A DNA stretch of 64,000 nt from an uncultured Gammaproteobacteria bacterium (GCA_964561945.1 CAZLQM010000001.1:25655-89654), one strand, 5' to 3'. Numbered from the stretch's first letter, positions 38,484 through 49,294 are shown. Notes: a model not told the origin generated them from the letters alone. Numbers and translations: made by a program.

Positions 38484-40643
38484 TTAGCGATTGAAACGGC
38501 GTGGTCCACCACCTTGACGAGGCCTGTTGTCTCTACGAGGACCGTTGTCGGAGCGACGTGGAGCTCGCGGCTCGCTGTCTCCTGGGTTGGAATCCAATAA
38601 CATAGTTAAGTTTAATCTGCCCATATCATCAATTTCCATGACTTTAACGGTTACTTTGTCACCTTCGGAAACTAAGTCTTGGGGATCATTAACATATTCT
38701 CGTGACATTTGAGATACATGCACAAGGCCTTCGCGCCCTGGGAAAATTTCTACGAAAGCTCCAAAATTAACCAGTCTGGTAACTGTGCCTTCATATAACT
38801 GTCCCGGCTCTGGTTCCGTAGTAAGATTTTTGACCCAATCAACTGCTTTATCGAGGCTTTCTTGACTGGTAGCACTAATCATAACCGTGCCATCATCTTC
38901 AACGTCAACTGTAGCTGAGGTTTCGGCAATAATACGACGGATCATGCGACCACCTGGACCAATAACTTCGCCGATCTTCTCAACTGGGATTTTGACTTGT
39001 TGAACCTTAGGAGCAAAAACAGAAACTTGTACGCGGGGTTGAGATATTGCCTGATTCATTTTGTCTAAGATGAAAAGCCTATCTTGGCGAGCTCGCTTGA
39101 TAATCTCGGACACTAAAGGAAGTGATAGACCTGTAATTTTGACGTCTAGTTGAACTGCAGTAATGCCTGTGACTGTACCTGCAACTTTGAAATCCATGTC
39201 GCCATTGAAGTCTTCGATGCCTGCAATGTCGCTTAGAACAAGTGGTCCTTCAGGTGCGTCGGAGATCAAACCCATAGCAACTCCTGCAACTGGCGCTTTG
39301 ATAGGAACTCCAGCATCCATTAAAGCGAGGGTTGAACCCGAAACTGAAGCTTGGGAAGTTGATCCATTGGATGAAAGAATATCAGAAACAACTCTTATGG
39401 TGTAAGGAAATTCGGAGAGTGAAGGGATGACTGGCAAAAGAGCCTTTTCAGCCAAAGCTCCGTGACCGACTTCACGCCTGCCTGGACCGAACATGCGACT
39501 AGCTTCTCCAACTGAGAATGGAGGGAAATTATAGTGATGGATATAATGTTTTTCAAGTTCTTCGGTAGTAGTTTCGATGAGGAGCCCAAAAGCTGGAGTT
39601 GCTAGAGTGGCTACAGTTAATGCTTGCGTGGTACCGCGTGAAAATAGAGCGCTACCATGGACACGGGGCAAAACTCCAACCTCTGCTGAGATTGTGCGAA
39701 TCTCGTCTATCTTGCGACTGTCAGTGCGCTTGCCTGAGGCAATAATGGCTCGAATGGCTTTTTTCCATTGATAATTAAAGGCTTTCTCAAGCAATTTGCC
39801 ATCGGCATCTATATTGGTTTCTTTGAAAGTTTGGAATGGCACGTCAAATTCTATAGTCGAACCGTCTTTTTGGGCTGTAGATATATAGTCAGCAATGACT
39901 TTTTGGGCTTGAGTTTTGAGATCTGAAGGGATTTCTGGAGCGGAAACCACGATCTTGGTAGTTTGCACTTTGGACATTAATTCTTCGATGAGCTCAATAA
40001 CGAGTTTGTTTTGGGTGTGAGCGAATTCCATCGCTTGAACAAATTGATCATCAGGAAGTTGGTTGGCGCCTGCCTCGATCATGTTGATGACATCTTTGTT
40101 ACCTGCAACGAATAATTCTAGTGATGATTTGGCAATCTGTGCAGGTGAAGGATTGGCGATCAGTTCTCCGTCTACCATGCCGACCTTAACTCCACCTAAG
40201 GGACCGGCCCAAGGGGCGGGTGAAATGGCTAGTGCCGCTGAGGCTCCGATAAAACTTGCAATATCCAATTCGGCTTCTCCGTCATATGCCAACTCGGTCA
40301 TGATGACTTGAACTTCTCGATTGAAATTTTTGTCAAACAAAGGACGAATAGCTCGATCAACTAAGCGACCGGTAAGCACGGCATCATCTGAAGGACGACC
40401 CTCACGCTTGACCCAGCGAGAACCTTTGATTTTGCCACTAGCATAAAGGCGCTCAATGTATTCAACAGATAAAGGAAAATATCCAAGACTAGGATTATCT
40501 CTACCGACTACGACAGTAACGAGAACGACACTTTCTCCGTATTGAACCCAAACAGCACTATCTGCTTGACTGGCTACTTTGCCGATTTCTAGTTTGAGTG
40601 TTTTGCCCGCAATTTCTCTGCTAACACTTACAATTTGTGACAT
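38484..40643 (-). CDS. pnp: polynucleotide phosphorylase with an Arg/Gly-rich basic C-terminal tail
   Basis: Two RNase PH domains, KH and S1 in a 719-aa ORF. The tail reads 'DSEPRAPRRSDNGPRRDNRPRQGGGPRRFNR'. Confidence 0.95.
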   Translation of the reverse strand: MSQIVSVSREIAGKTLKLEIGKVASQADSAVWVQYGESVVLVTVVVGRDNPSLGYFPLSVEYIERLYASGKIKGSRWVKREGRPSDDAVLTGRLVDRAIRPLFDKNFNREVQVIMTELAYDGEAELDIASFIGASAALAISPAPWAGPLGGVKVGMVDGELIANPSPAQIAKSSLELFVAGNKDVINMIEAGANQLPDDQFVQAMEFAHTQNKLVIELIEELMSKVQTTKIVVSAPEIPSDLKTQAQKVIADYISTAQKDGSTIEFDVPFQTFKETNIDADGKLLEKAFNYQWKKAIRAIIASGKRTDSRKIDEIRTISAEVGVLPRVHGSALFSRGTTQALTVATLATPAFGLLIETTTEELEKHYIHHYNFPPFSVGEASRMFGPGRREVGHGALAEKALLPVIPSLSEFPYTIRVVSDILSSNGSTSQASVSGSTLALMDAGVPIKAPVAGVAMGLISDAPEGPLVLSDIAGIEDFNGDMDFKVAGTVTGITAVQLDVKITGLSLPLVSEIIKRARQDRLFILDKMNQAISQPRVQVSVFAPKVQQVKIPVEKIGEVIGPGGRMIRRIIAETSATVDVEDDGTVMISATSQESLDKAVDWVKNLTTEPEPGQLYEGTVTRLVNFGAFVEIFPGREGLVHVSQMSREYVNDPQDLVSEGDKVTVKVMEIDDMGRLNLTMLLDSNPGDSEPRAPRRSDNGPRRDNRPRQGGGPRRFNR

Positions 40644-40746
40644 ATTTTAATTCTTTAAATTTATTTTATTTTGACTAAAGCAGTATAACATAAAAATGAA
40701 TACGCTTTGGAAAGCAAAACTATCAACCTAACACTGGGTATTTTAA

Positions 40747-41016
40747 TTATTTGGAGAGTCCAAGTTTGCCAATTATTGTTTGATAGCGATCTAGATTTTT
40801 GGTCATGAGGTAGTGTAACAAACGGCGTCTTTTGGAAACCATTGAAAGCAAGCCTTTACGCGAATGAACATCTTTCTTATGTTCTCGGAGATGCTCGGCG
40901 AGTTTGTCAATTTTAGCACTAAGAAGTGCAACTTGAACTTCTGGGCTACCAGTGTCGCCAGACCCGGTGGAGTATTCGGTAATTATTTTTTGTTTTTGGT
41001 CAACTAGAAGTGACAT
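40747..41016 (-). CDS. rpsO: 30S ribosomal protein S15
   Basis: 89 aa with '[26 protein letters not shown]'. Confidence 0.95.
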   Translation of the reverse strand: MSLLVDQKQKIITEYSTGSGDTGSPEVQVALLSAKIDKLAEHLREHKKDVHSRKGLLSMVSKRRRLLHYLMTKNLDRYQTIIGKLGLSK

Positions 41017-41027
41017 ATTATTATTAG

Positions 41028-41924
41028 TTATTGAACTTCACGTATTGTATCAGGTACGGGCTTGGTTGGCAAATTGGCCATGTGATCGATGTTGCCTTTA
41101 ATCCACTTAGGGATAGGCTTGTTGGTTTTTGGGGTTTGCTGATTATTAGGTCGAGAAGGAATTGTGGCATTTGAGGTTGTTGTGAGTGGGGTAAAACTGC
41201 GATAATTACGAGTGCCTCCTGCATTGAGACACTCGGCTGTCATGGTAAAAACTTCCGAAGGGAGATCGGGATTGGCAAATCTTTCAGTTCGGTTTTCTAA
41301 GCCCGTAAGTAACAAGGTAGCGATAGTTGGTTCTAGTTTGATTTGAAGGGACTTGAATAACTGCCAAATAACGAAGGTAAGTGACGGTGCGGAAGGATTG
41401 GGATATTCTTGAATACGGGGATCTGGTTGAAGTTTTTCGGAGGTAGAGAATCTAGTGGTAATTAATTTGTTTTGGGTTAGTTGTTTGAGTTCAGAATTAT
41501 TGATAGCCTCGCGGGAAGCACCAATTAAAATAACTAAGTCGGCATCTACGCCTGTATAACTAAATTCCATTTGGGAGATGTCTAAAGGTTGAGAGTTGGT
41601 TTTGGTTTGAATGATGATGGCAAATCTGCCCTTATCACGTTGAGCTTCGGTCATGACTTGAGACACAGAATCTTGCGCGTCTGGCCAAGAGATAATGATG
41701 TTTTTGCCCTTAATTTCTGATTGAATCATCGATTGAGCTGGTAATTGCCACTCTTGATGGGCATGGCCAAGAATCGAGATCTGTTTGCCCTTGGCTTTGA
41801 AACCGAGAGCCAAGGCAAGAGCTGTGCAAGCCTGATCAAGCAAGGCATTGGCTGGAAGTACGATAACTATGCTATTTGATTGGGTAATCTTGGTTAGTAG
41901 TGATTCTTGAGAAAGACTGTCCAT
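41028..41924 (-). CDS. NrnA/DHH-DHHA1-like protein with degenerate catalytic motifs (probable pseudo-enzyme) and a Pro/Thr/Asn-rich C-terminal tail
   Basis: It is collinear with NrnA but every catalytic motif is substituted: DxD becomes 'PANALLDQA', the DHH triad becomes 'ILIGASR', GDTGxF becomes '[13 protein letters not shown]', and GGGH becomes 'NAGGTRNY'. Confidence 0.5.
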   Translation of the reverse strand: MDSLSQESLLTKITQSNSIVIVLPANALLDQACTALALALGFKAKGKQISILGHAHQEWQLPAQSMIQSEIKGKNIIISWPDAQDSVSQVMTEAQRDKGRFAIIIQTKTNSQPLDISQMEFSYTGVDADLVILIGASREAINNSELKQLTQNKLITTRFSTSEKLQPDPRIQEYPNPSAPSLTFVIWQLFKSLQIKLEPTIATLLLTGLENRTERFANPDLPSEVFTMTAECLNAGGTRNYRSFTPLTTTSNATIPSRPNNQQTPKTNKPIPKWIKGNIDHMANLPTKPVPDTIREVQ

Positions 41925-41977
41925 CTTTGTAGTTTTTGGATTATATGATAGATGTAAGTGAGAAAGAATATATGATT

Positions 41978-43414
41978 CTAGCTAGATTTGGCAGGAAGTT
42001 TCTTAGGTTTGAATGCAATTAAGTTATCACCTACTCGGAAATCAATATAGGGCGAAAACACACAGCCAAATTCTTGATTGAGAGCAACTTTGGAAACTGG
42101 GTTTTTGGCTTGTTTGAGACTGGAAATACGGCTAGTGCCGACGTTAGTTTGATTGCGAATCAAATCAACTTGGATATCATCTAAAATTTCACCTTCGGTT
42201 ACTTTGCAACCTGCGATGCGATGTTTGTCTATTTTGAATTCGGCGTTGATGTCTGCTTTGCCGATTATGTCACGATCATAATAAGGATCTATAGTGCGAT
42301 TGTATAGTTCGTCAATGTATTCATATAATTCATAGATAATATTAAATGACTTGACGGTTACTTTTTCGGCCTCTGCCACTCGGATAACCTGATTAGGAAC
42401 TAAGACGGAAAATGCGACGATGAAAGCACCAGCACTCTTGGCCAAGGAAATATCCCCTGGGGTCACGTCGCCCACTGTGGACGAGAAAATGGTTACTCCT
42501 TGAGGAATAATTGTTTGGATAGCTTCAAGTGAGCCTTGTGCATCTGCCTTGATGATACAAGTGAGTACCGGCTTTATAGGTTCATTTCTGCTTTGGTTGG
42601 GAGATGTTTCTTGAGATGAAGTCGAGGAAAGAACCGCACCAACTTGAGGTATGGAATCCCAACCCATAATTTGAACTGGAGTACTGGGAAGAGCTTCTTT
42701 GAGACTTTTGCCAAGATGATCGGTTAGTGATTTGACTTTGGCTTGAGCTTGGTGAGCGTAGATTGTGTCCCTGACCTTGAGAGTACCCTCGGTTATTACT
42801 GCTGTGGCGATAATCCCTCGATGGGGATCTTTTTGGGATTCGATAATGACTCCCGAAATATCAGACTTAGGGTCAGCCTTTAGATCAGTAAGCTGAGCGA
42901 CTAAAAGTAGAGTTTCAAGTAATGTATCTATGCCTTTGCCTGAAACACTAGAAACTTCGACGACAGGAATGTCCCCGCCAAATCCTTCAACTAAACACCC
43001 TTGTTCGGCTAGTTCTTGTTTGGCTCTGGTGGGATTGGCAGTGGCGATATCACTTTTGGTTAGGGCCACAATATAAGGAACTTGAGCCTGCTTGATATGA
43101 TCTAAGGATTCTTTGGTTTGAGGCTTGACCCCTTCTGTGGCGGCAACAACTAAGATTACGATATCAGCCACTTTGCCCCCGCGAGAACGCATTTGCGAAA
43201 AGGCAGCATGACCTGGTGTGTCAATAAAGGTAATTTTGTGAGATTGGTGTTGGGGATCTTTAACTTCAACTTGGTAAGCTCCGATATGCTGAGTAATTCC
43301 CCCGTGTTCTTTTTGGGCAACTTTAGTTTTGCGGATATAATCCAATAACGAAGTTTTGCCATGATCTACATGGCCCATAATTGTAACGATTGGGGGTCTT
43401 GAGATAGCTGTCAT
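41978..43414 (-). CDS. infB: translation initiation factor IF-2, short form starting at the G domain
   Basis: 'IVTIMGHVDHGKTSLLD' lies at residue 8. Only 478 aa. Confidence 0.9.
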   Translation of the reverse strand: MTAISRPPIVTIMGHVDHGKTSLLDYIRKTKVAQKEHGGITQHIGAYQVEVKDPQHQSHKITFIDTPGHAAFSQMRSRGGKVADIVILVVAATEGVKPQTKESLDHIKQAQVPYIVALTKSDIATANPTRAKQELAEQGCLVEGFGGDIPVVEVSSVSGKGIDTLLETLLLVAQLTDLKADPKSDISGVIIESQKDPHRGIIATAVITEGTLKVRDTIYAHQAQAKVKSLTDHLGKSLKEALPSTPVQIMGWDSIPQVGAVLSSTSSQETSPNQSRNEPIKPVLTCIIKADAQGSLEAIQTIIPQGVTIFSSTVGDVTPGDISLAKSAGAFIVAFSVLVPNQVIRVAEAEKVTVKSFNIIYELYEYIDELYNRTIDPYYDRDIIGKADINAEFKIDKHRIAGCKVTEGEILDDIQVDLIRNQTNVGTSRISSLKQAKNPVSKVALNQEFGCVFSPYIDFRVGDNLIAFKPKKLPAKSS

Positions 43415-43472
43415 GTTTTTTATAAATTTGGGAAATAACGCTTAAAATTGAAATGGAGTGCGGGATAGAGAT

Positions 43473-44555
43473 TTAATCTAGCTCTTTTGGATCGGCTTGG
43501 GACGGTTCTTGGTCATCATCTGCTTCAACAGTGGCAGATTCTGCACTCCGTGAGGATTCTGGTTTGATACCAGAGGCTCCTACGACATCAAGTTTATACC
43601 CTGTAAGTTTTGCAGCCAAGCGTACGTTTTGACCGTCTTTGCCAATGGCCAGAGAGAGTTGGTCATCAGGAACGGTAACTAGGGCAGTAAGTTCTTCGTC
43701 ATTAACGAGAACAGATTGGACAGTGGCTGGTGACATGGCCGCAGCGATAAAACGAGATGCATCGGCGTTGTATTCGATGATGTCGATTTTTTCGCCCTTG
43801 AGTTCGTTGATTACAGCTTGGACTCGGACGCCTTTTTGACCGACGCACGAGCCAACAGGATCAACTCCTTGTTGAGATGAGAAGACTGCCATCTTGGTGC
43901 GAGCTCCAGCCTCACGAGCAATGGACTTGACCTCAACGTTGCCAGAGTTAACCTCGGGGACTTCACGTTTGAAAAGTTGTACTACCAAATTCTTGTGAGC
44001 ACGAGAGAGAATTATTTCTTCTCCACGGATGGTTTCTTTGATTGATTCAATATAAAAAACCAAGCGTTGATTAAGCTCATAATCTTCGCTGATGACTTGT
44101 TCGTATTGAGGCATGAAGCCTTCGGCCTTGCCTAAATCAACGATGATATTATGACCGTCAATTCTCATGATCATCCCGTTGACTATTGATCCTACACGCT
44201 CCTTGTAAGCTGCGATGATAACTGATTTTTCAGCTTCCCGCATTTTTTGGATAATTACTTGCTTGGCAGTTTGTGCTGCGATGCGACCAAATCCAGGAGG
44301 GGTAACGTCTTTCATTTTGCCTGGGTTATCTGGATCTGCGGTTGTCATCATGATCCCACCGTTTACTGGATCTACGTCAACTTTGTATTCAATGGATTCG
44401 TCGATTTCTTCACCGCGTTCCTTGGCATCTTTTTGGAATGCAGCCACGATGGAAGACTCGATAGCACCAAGAACCATCTCGGGATCAATGCCCCTGTCGT
44501 TAGCCAATTGGTTAACGGCGGCGGCGAATTCTGTACGTGCGATTACTTTGGCCAT
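43473..44555 (-). CDS. nusA: transcription termination/antitermination factor NusA with an acidic C-terminal tail
   Basis: 'MAKVIARTEFAAAVNQLANDRGIDPEMV...' with S1 and KH domains. I used the ATG at 44555; the ORF-track extension to 44663 relies on a TTG start and crosses the terminator hairpin. Confidence 0.9.
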   Translation of the reverse strand: MAKVIARTEFAAAVNQLANDRGIDPEMVLGAIESSIVAAFQKDAKERGEEIDESIEYKVDVDPVNGGIMMTTADPDNPGKMKDVTPPGFGRIAAQTAKQVIIQKMREAEKSVIIAAYKERVGSIVNGMIMRIDGHNIIVDLGKAEGFMPQYEQVISEDYELNQRLVFYIESIKETIRGEEIILSRAHKNLVVQLFKREVPEVNSGNVEVKSIAREAGARTKMAVFSSQQGVDPVGSCVGQKGVRVQAVINELKGEKIDIIEYNADASRFIAAAMSPATVQSVLVNDEELTALVTVPDDQLSLAIGKDGQNVRLAAKLTGYKLDVVGASGIKPESSRSAESATVEADDDQEPSQADPKELD

Positions 44556-44575
44556 ATTATTTTTGTTACAGCAAT

Positions 44576-44600
44576 AAAAAAGGTGGGAAAACGCCCACCC
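44576..44600 (-). terminator. intrinsic terminator/attenuator hairpin in the nusA 5' leader
   Basis: Minus-strand RNA reads GGGUGGG-CGUUUU-CCCACC followed by UUUUUUAUU. The U-tract ends about 20 nt upstream of the nusA ATG. Confidence 0.55.
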
Positions 44601-45177
44601 TAATGCTCTTAGCGTGTAGTTTACCACTAGGATGGATTTGGAGTCAAATAATGTACAAATCAAATTGTAAAAATGTTGGAGGTATGTGAAGTAGAACCAT
44701 TGGTAGCAAAACCGTCGGCTGTGTGGGAATAACTACTTCCGCGAGTGCGATACAGACTGCCAGACATGGCTACACAAAATAACTAGGCGTTTCACGATTA
44801 GATCCCTTCTCAAGATAAGTGGGTAGATGTGAACTCGCGATAGAATAACAAAAAACAGTATTCAATAGGCACTCTCCTTATGAATAGATATGAAGTGAAC
44901 TACACTTCCTGATTAGAATTCTTGGGCGGGTTAAGAAGAGGTTTGACAACAATTGATTCAAAATCTAAGTTTAAAATTTGTGCATATTCGCAAGTAATAA
45001 CCTCAAATTCTTCGATATATCTTTTATTGTCTACAAAATTTATGGTTCACTAATATCTTCTTCCATATTTTAGAAATAAATAATCAAATTAATAACAAGA
45101 TATCTTGTACAGATTATTTATTAAATTTTGTGTGGAAATATAATGAGCAAGACACCTGACGTAAACAGAGGGGAGGT

Positions 45178-46050
45178 CTAAGTAGCTTTATCAAACTGTT
45201 CGATGAGTTGGCGTTGTTTTTTTGAAATATTATCGGGAATATCAACAAGAATACGTACATATTGGTTGCCCCGACCTGATCGATTAAGAAATGGCACTCC
45301 TTGGCCTTGGAGTCTGATCATGCTATGAGATTGAGTACCAGCGCGGATTTTGATTTTGAGTTCGCCGTCCACGGTAGGAACTTTAGTAGTTGTCCCTAAA
45401 ATAGCGTCTGAAATACTAATATGATGATCAATATATATATCTTGACCCTCGCGTTTGAATGTGGGATGAGAACCAACGTCGATAGTGACATCAAAGTCCG
45501 TGAATCTTAATCTGGTTCCATCTGATGCACCTTTAGGAATTTTGATGGTGTGTTCTTTGCCTTGGATAACAACCTTCTTCTCTCCTCCATTGACTGCATC
45601 CATGAAATCTACCTTAAGAGAATAGTGATCACGTGGCGCGGATTGGCGACCAAATGGTGAACCGCCACCGAAAAATTGCTCAAAGATCTCGAATGGATCT
45701 GTAAACTCTACATCACCAAAGGGGGAACCCCCTGAGAAGTTGGTTGAGTAGGAATAACTAAAAGGTCCAGTCTGAGCTCCGCGTTGATTGCCAAATCCAC
45801 CTGGAGGAAAACCCCCTGACCCTGGCGAAAAGGCTGCATGACCAAATTGATCATAAGTTTGGCGCTTCTGCGTGTCGGAGAGAACTTCGTAGGCGTGATT
45901 GATTTCTTTGAACTTGGCTTCTGCTTCGGGAGTCTTATTACGATCAGGATGCCACTCAAGGGCTTTCTTGCGATAAGCTTTTTTTATTTCTTCTGCTGTG
46001 GCTGTTTTGGTGACACCCAAGAGATCATAGTAATCTGATTTTGGAGGCAT
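45178..46050 (-). CDS. dnaJ: DnaJ-class co-chaperone, type II (J domain, G/F region and C-terminal domains, no CxxCxGxG zinc finger)
   Basis: '[33 protein letters not shown]' in a 290-aa ORF. Confidence 0.85.
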   Translation of the reverse strand: MPPKSDYYDLLGVTKTATAEEIKKAYRKKALEWHPDRNKTPEAEAKFKEINHAYEVLSDTQKRQTYDQFGHAAFSPGSGGFPPGGFGNQRGAQTGPFSYSYSTNFSGGSPFGDVEFTDPFEIFEQFFGGGSPFGRQSAPRDHYSLKVDFMDAVNGGEKKVVIQGKEHTIKIPKGASDGTRLRFTDFDVTIDVGSHPTFKREGQDIYIDHHISISDAILGTTTKVPTVDGELKIKIRAGTQSHSMIRLQGQGVPFLNRSGRGNQYVRILVDIPDNISKKQRQLIEQFDKAT

Positions 46051-46088
46051 ACCTATAAATATTAAAAACCTAAGTTGGCTAGAGAAAA

Positions 46089-48002
46089 TTAATCGCTGAC
46101 TACTTCGCCTTCTTCAGCTTGATCTTTGGAATCTGAAGTTGTGTCTGTTTTTTTGGTTTCGTCGGTAGATTTATCATCTGAGGTCTCGGGTGCGGATGCT
46201 GACGCTGCCGATTGCATAGCTGGACCGATTTTTTGCATGGCATCGGAGAGTTCTTTGGACTTGGTATCTATCTCTTCTTTAGAACCTGATTCCAAAATAC
46301 CTTTGAGACTAGATACTTTGTCTTGGACTTCTTTGATAAGTTCTTGAGGAATCTTATCTTTGGCGTCTTCGAGAGCTTTCTCGGCAGTGAAAATCATGGC
46401 TTCAGCCTGATTACGGGCTTCGATTTGGGCCTTCTTTTGCTCATCCTCCGCCTTGTATTTCTCGGCTTCGTCTTGAGCTTTTTTGACTTCTTCGTCACTA
46501 AGTCCAACCGCCCCTGTTATTGTAATGTGTTGTTCTTTGCCGCTGGTCTTATCTTTGGCGGAAACCTTGAGAATGCCGTTTGAATCAATGTCAAAGGTAA
46601 CTTCGATTTGAGGGACCCCACGAGGCGCAGGAGCAATGCCATCAAGTTTGAAGGTCCCCAAACTCTTATTATCTTGAGCCATAGGCCGCTCGCCTTGAAG
46701 GACGTGTACTTCTACGGAGGTTTGATTATCGGCAGCAGTTGAGAAAACTTCAGTCTTGGCTGTAGGAATAGTGGTATTGCGAGCAATCATGGGAGTGGCA
46801 ACTCCGCCGAGAGTCTCGATACTCATGGACAAAGGCGTGACGTCCAAGAGAAGAATATCAGTCACATCTCCTGCTAGCACACCTCCTTGAATCGCAGCAC
46901 CCACAGCCACAACTTCGTCTGGATTGACGCCTTTGTGAGGTTCTTTGTTAAAGAATTCTTTGACCACTTGTTGGACTTTGGGCATTCGAGTCATACCTCC
47001 AACTAGGATTACTTCATTGATGTCAGAAACTTTGAGATCGGCATCTTTGAGTGCAGCCTCAACTGGTTTCATGGTGTTGGCAATGAGATCTCCGATTAAT
47101 GATTCTAATTTGGCGCGAGTTAATTTGAGATTAAGATGCAAGGGGTTGCCTTCTTTGCTCTGGGTAATGTAGGGTTGGGAAATTTCGGTTTCTTGAGAAC
47201 TGGAAAGTTCGATCTTAGCTTTTTCGGCGGCATCACGAATTCTTTGAAGAGCTTGTTTGTCTGCTTTGAGATCGACACCGTTTTCTTTTTTGAATTCAGC
47301 AACTATCCAGTCAATAATGACTTCGTCAAAATCATCTCCGCCAAGATGTGTATCCCCGTTGGTTGATTTAACTTCGAATACACCATCGCCAATTTCGAGG
47401 ATGGAAATATCGAAAGTTCCGCCACCGAGATCATAGACAGCAATCTTTTGGTTGTTTTTCTTATCCAGACCGTAGGCTAAGGCCGCGGCTGTGGGTTCAT
47501 TGATAATCCTGTCTACTTTGAGTCCTGCAATTTCACCGGCCTGCTTGGTAGCTTGGCGCTGAGCATCGTCAAAATAAGCAGGAACGGTAATGACAGCTTG
47601 GCCAACTTTTTCACCTAGGAATTCTTCAGCGTGTTTTTTCATGGTAGAAAGAATGCGAGCTGAGATTTCTTGAGGAGTATAAACCTTACCATCGACCTCG
47701 ACTGCGGCCATGTCTTCTTTGCCTTCAACTATTTTGTAGGCAACAGTTTTTTTCATCTTCTCGACTTCTTTGTCTTGGTAACGTCTACCCATCAATCTTT
47801 TAACAGAGTAAAGAGTGTTGGCGGGATTGAGAATCATTTGGCGTTTGGCAACATCGCCGACTAAATTCTTAACTGGCTCGACAACAGAAGGAGTAGTGTT
47901 TTTGCCGGTGTCATGCGCAGGAATAACCTTGGGCTGACCGCCCTGCATAACTGCAACACAGCTGTTTGTGGTTCCGAGATCTATACCGATTATTTTTGAC
48001 AT
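46089..48002 (-). CDS. dnaK: molecular chaperone DnaK (Hsp70)
   Basis: '[14 protein letters not shown]', '[12 protein letters not shown]', 637 aa. Confidence 0.97.
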   Translation of the reverse strand: MSKIIGIDLGTTNSCVAVMQGGQPKVIPAHDTGKNTTPSVVEPVKNLVGDVAKRQMILNPANTLYSVKRLMGRRYQDKEVEKMKKTVAYKIVEGKEDMAAVEVDGKVYTPQEISARILSTMKKHAEEFLGEKVGQAVITVPAYFDDAQRQATKQAGEIAGLKVDRIINEPTAAALAYGLDKKNNQKIAVYDLGGGTFDISILEIGDGVFEVKSTNGDTHLGGDDFDEVIIDWIVAEFKKENGVDLKADKQALQRIRDAAEKAKIELSSSQETEISQPYITQSKEGNPLHLNLKLTRAKLESLIGDLIANTMKPVEAALKDADLKVSDINEVILVGGMTRMPKVQQVVKEFFNKEPHKGVNPDEVVAVGAAIQGGVLAGDVTDILLLDVTPLSMSIETLGGVATPMIARNTTIPTAKTEVFSTAADNQTSVEVHVLQGERPMAQDNKSLGTFKLDGIAPAPRGVPQIEVTFDIDSNGILKVSAKDKTSGKEQHITITGAVGLSDEEVKKAQDEAEKYKAEDEQKKAQIEARNQAEAMIFTAEKALEDAKDKIPQELIKEVQDKVSSLKGILESGSKEEIDTKSKELSDAMQKIGPAMQSAASASAPETSDDKSTDETKKTDTTSDSKDQAEEGEVVSD

Positions 48003-48012
48003 ATTTTTTAGA

Positions 48013-48039
48013 TTAGCACCAATTTAACACGAGTGCTAA
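48013..48039. promoter_or_regulatory. CIRCE-like HrcA operator upstream of dnaK
   Basis: TTAGCACCA-ATTTAACAC-GAGTGCTAA against the consensus TTAGCACTC-N9-GAGTGCTAA. The right arm overlaps the grpE stop codon. Confidence 0.6.
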
Positions 48040-48539
48040 GTGGTGTCAAGATGTTTTTTTGAGTCTGAGGATTCATCTGTTTGACGGAAGACAACGACTT
48101 GAGCTGGTCTGATAACTTGACCATCCTGCCACATTGCTCCTGACTGAACATTCTTGGCAATCGTTTCACTCGGGGCATCGGCTGACTGATCAAGATCAAC
48201 ACATTCGTGGAGTTGGGGATCAAATGGTTCACCTTGTGTGGGAGTGATGAAATTTATGCCTTGAGATTCGAGAGTTTGTTTGAGTTGTTTAGATATCATT
48301 ACAATTCCCGCATCCTGCCCATGCAGAGCCGCTAAATCTAGCGAATCGATTATGGGGAGTAATTCGATGATTAATGATTGATTTGCGTATTTGAGATACT
48401 CTTGGCGGTCTTTTTGGTGTTGGCGAATTAAGTTTTGGTAATCGGCTAAGGCTCGGGCATATTTGTCTTGCCAATCTGGCTGATTGGTTTCTAATGTTTC
48501 TTCGATTGGTGTGTTTTTGGTTTTAACTTGTTTATTCAT
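48036..48539 (-). CDS. grpE: nucleotide exchange factor GrpE
   Basis: 167-aa ORF with a coiled-coil N-terminus and C-terminal 'MISKQLKQTLESQGINFI...VVVFRQ' beta domain. Confidence 0.9.
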   Translation of the reverse strand: MNKQVKTKNTPIEETLETNQPDWQDKYARALADYQNLIRQHQKDRQEYLKYANQSLIIELLPIIDSLDLAALHGQDAGIVMISKQLKQTLESQGINFITPTQGEPFDPQLHECVDLDQSADAPSETIAKNVQSGAMWQDGQVIRPAQVVVFRQTDESSDSKKHLDTT

Positions 48540-48550
48540 AAAAATTTTAT

Positions 48551-49285
48551 TTACCAGTCACGACCCAAATCTTCGAATAAATGTGAGTAGTAGCGTAACC
48601 AAGGAATTGATTGGCTGAAGTTCATACGAGCTGGTCCGATAACTCCAATGATGCCTGCTGATTGGCCGTTAATTTGGAACTGACTAAACAGCATGCCAAC
48701 AGGTTCGAGATAGGGCTCGTTTAGCTCTTCGCCGAAGACCACTTGGATTTCCTGAGAACTCATGTTTTGTTCGATAACTCGGACCATCCACGAGGGTAAG
48801 CTATCGGAAATAGATAGTACTTGGCGAGTAACGTCGATGTCAAAGAACTCAGGCATAGTGAGCAAGTATGAATATCCCGATGAGTACATAGGGCCACTTG
48901 CAAGAGAGACTATGGAAACGGTTTCAAGTTTGCGAGCTAGTGTCCGGCTGGCGGTTTGCATCATTTGATACATGTTGTGTCTTTGGTCCCAGATGCGTTC
49001 ACGAGTGGCAACTTCTTCGGCAACGGAAAGTTGGGACTCTTGCATAAGTTCATTAATGTAAAAGCGGAGCGCTCGAGCAGTGGGTACTCTGCCTGCGGAT
49101 GTGTGAGGCTGTTTGAGAAAACCCTCATGGATAAGTACTGCCATCTCGTTGCGAATGGTCGCGGGGGAAACACCTAAATTATACTTGCGCTCGAGTTGTT
49201 CGGAACCAACAGGAGCTGCAGTGTCAATGTATTCATCAATCACTGCTTTGAGGATACTTACTTGGCGAACTGACAAAAGAGACAT
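48551..49285 (-). CDS. hrcA: heat-inducible transcription repressor HrcA (short, 244 aa)
   Basis: 'ILKAVIDEYIDTAAPVGSEQLERKYNLGVSPATIRNEMAVLIHEGFLKQPHTSAGRVPT'. Confidence 0.85.
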   Translation of the reverse strand: MSLLSVRQVSILKAVIDEYIDTAAPVGSEQLERKYNLGVSPATIRNEMAVLIHEGFLKQPHTSAGRVPTARALRFYINELMQESQLSVAEEVATRERIWDQRHNMYQMMQTASRTLARKLETVSIVSLASGPMYSSGYSYLLTMPEFFDIDVTRQVLSISDSLPSWMVRVIEQNMSSQEIQVVFGEELNEPYLEPVGMLFSQFQINGQSAGIIGVIGPARMNFSQSIPWLRYYSHLFEDLGRDW

Positions 49286-49294
49286 AATGAGATT

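Noticed and set aside
44556-44663. ORF-track N-terminal extension of nusA (MICTLFDSKSILVV...)
   Set aside because: It requires a TTG start and reads through the GC-rich terminator hairpin. The canonical NusA N-terminus 'MAKVIARTE' starts at the ATG at 44555.
45143-45181. 12-aa plus-strand mini-ORF ([12 protein letters not shown]) at the dnaJ 3' end
   Set aside because: Too short, with no RBS context; most likely chance.
48008-48232. 74-aa ORF-track entry overlapping the grpE 3' end and the CIRCE element
   Set aside because: It lies in a different frame of the grpE coding region; grpE has clear family motifs.
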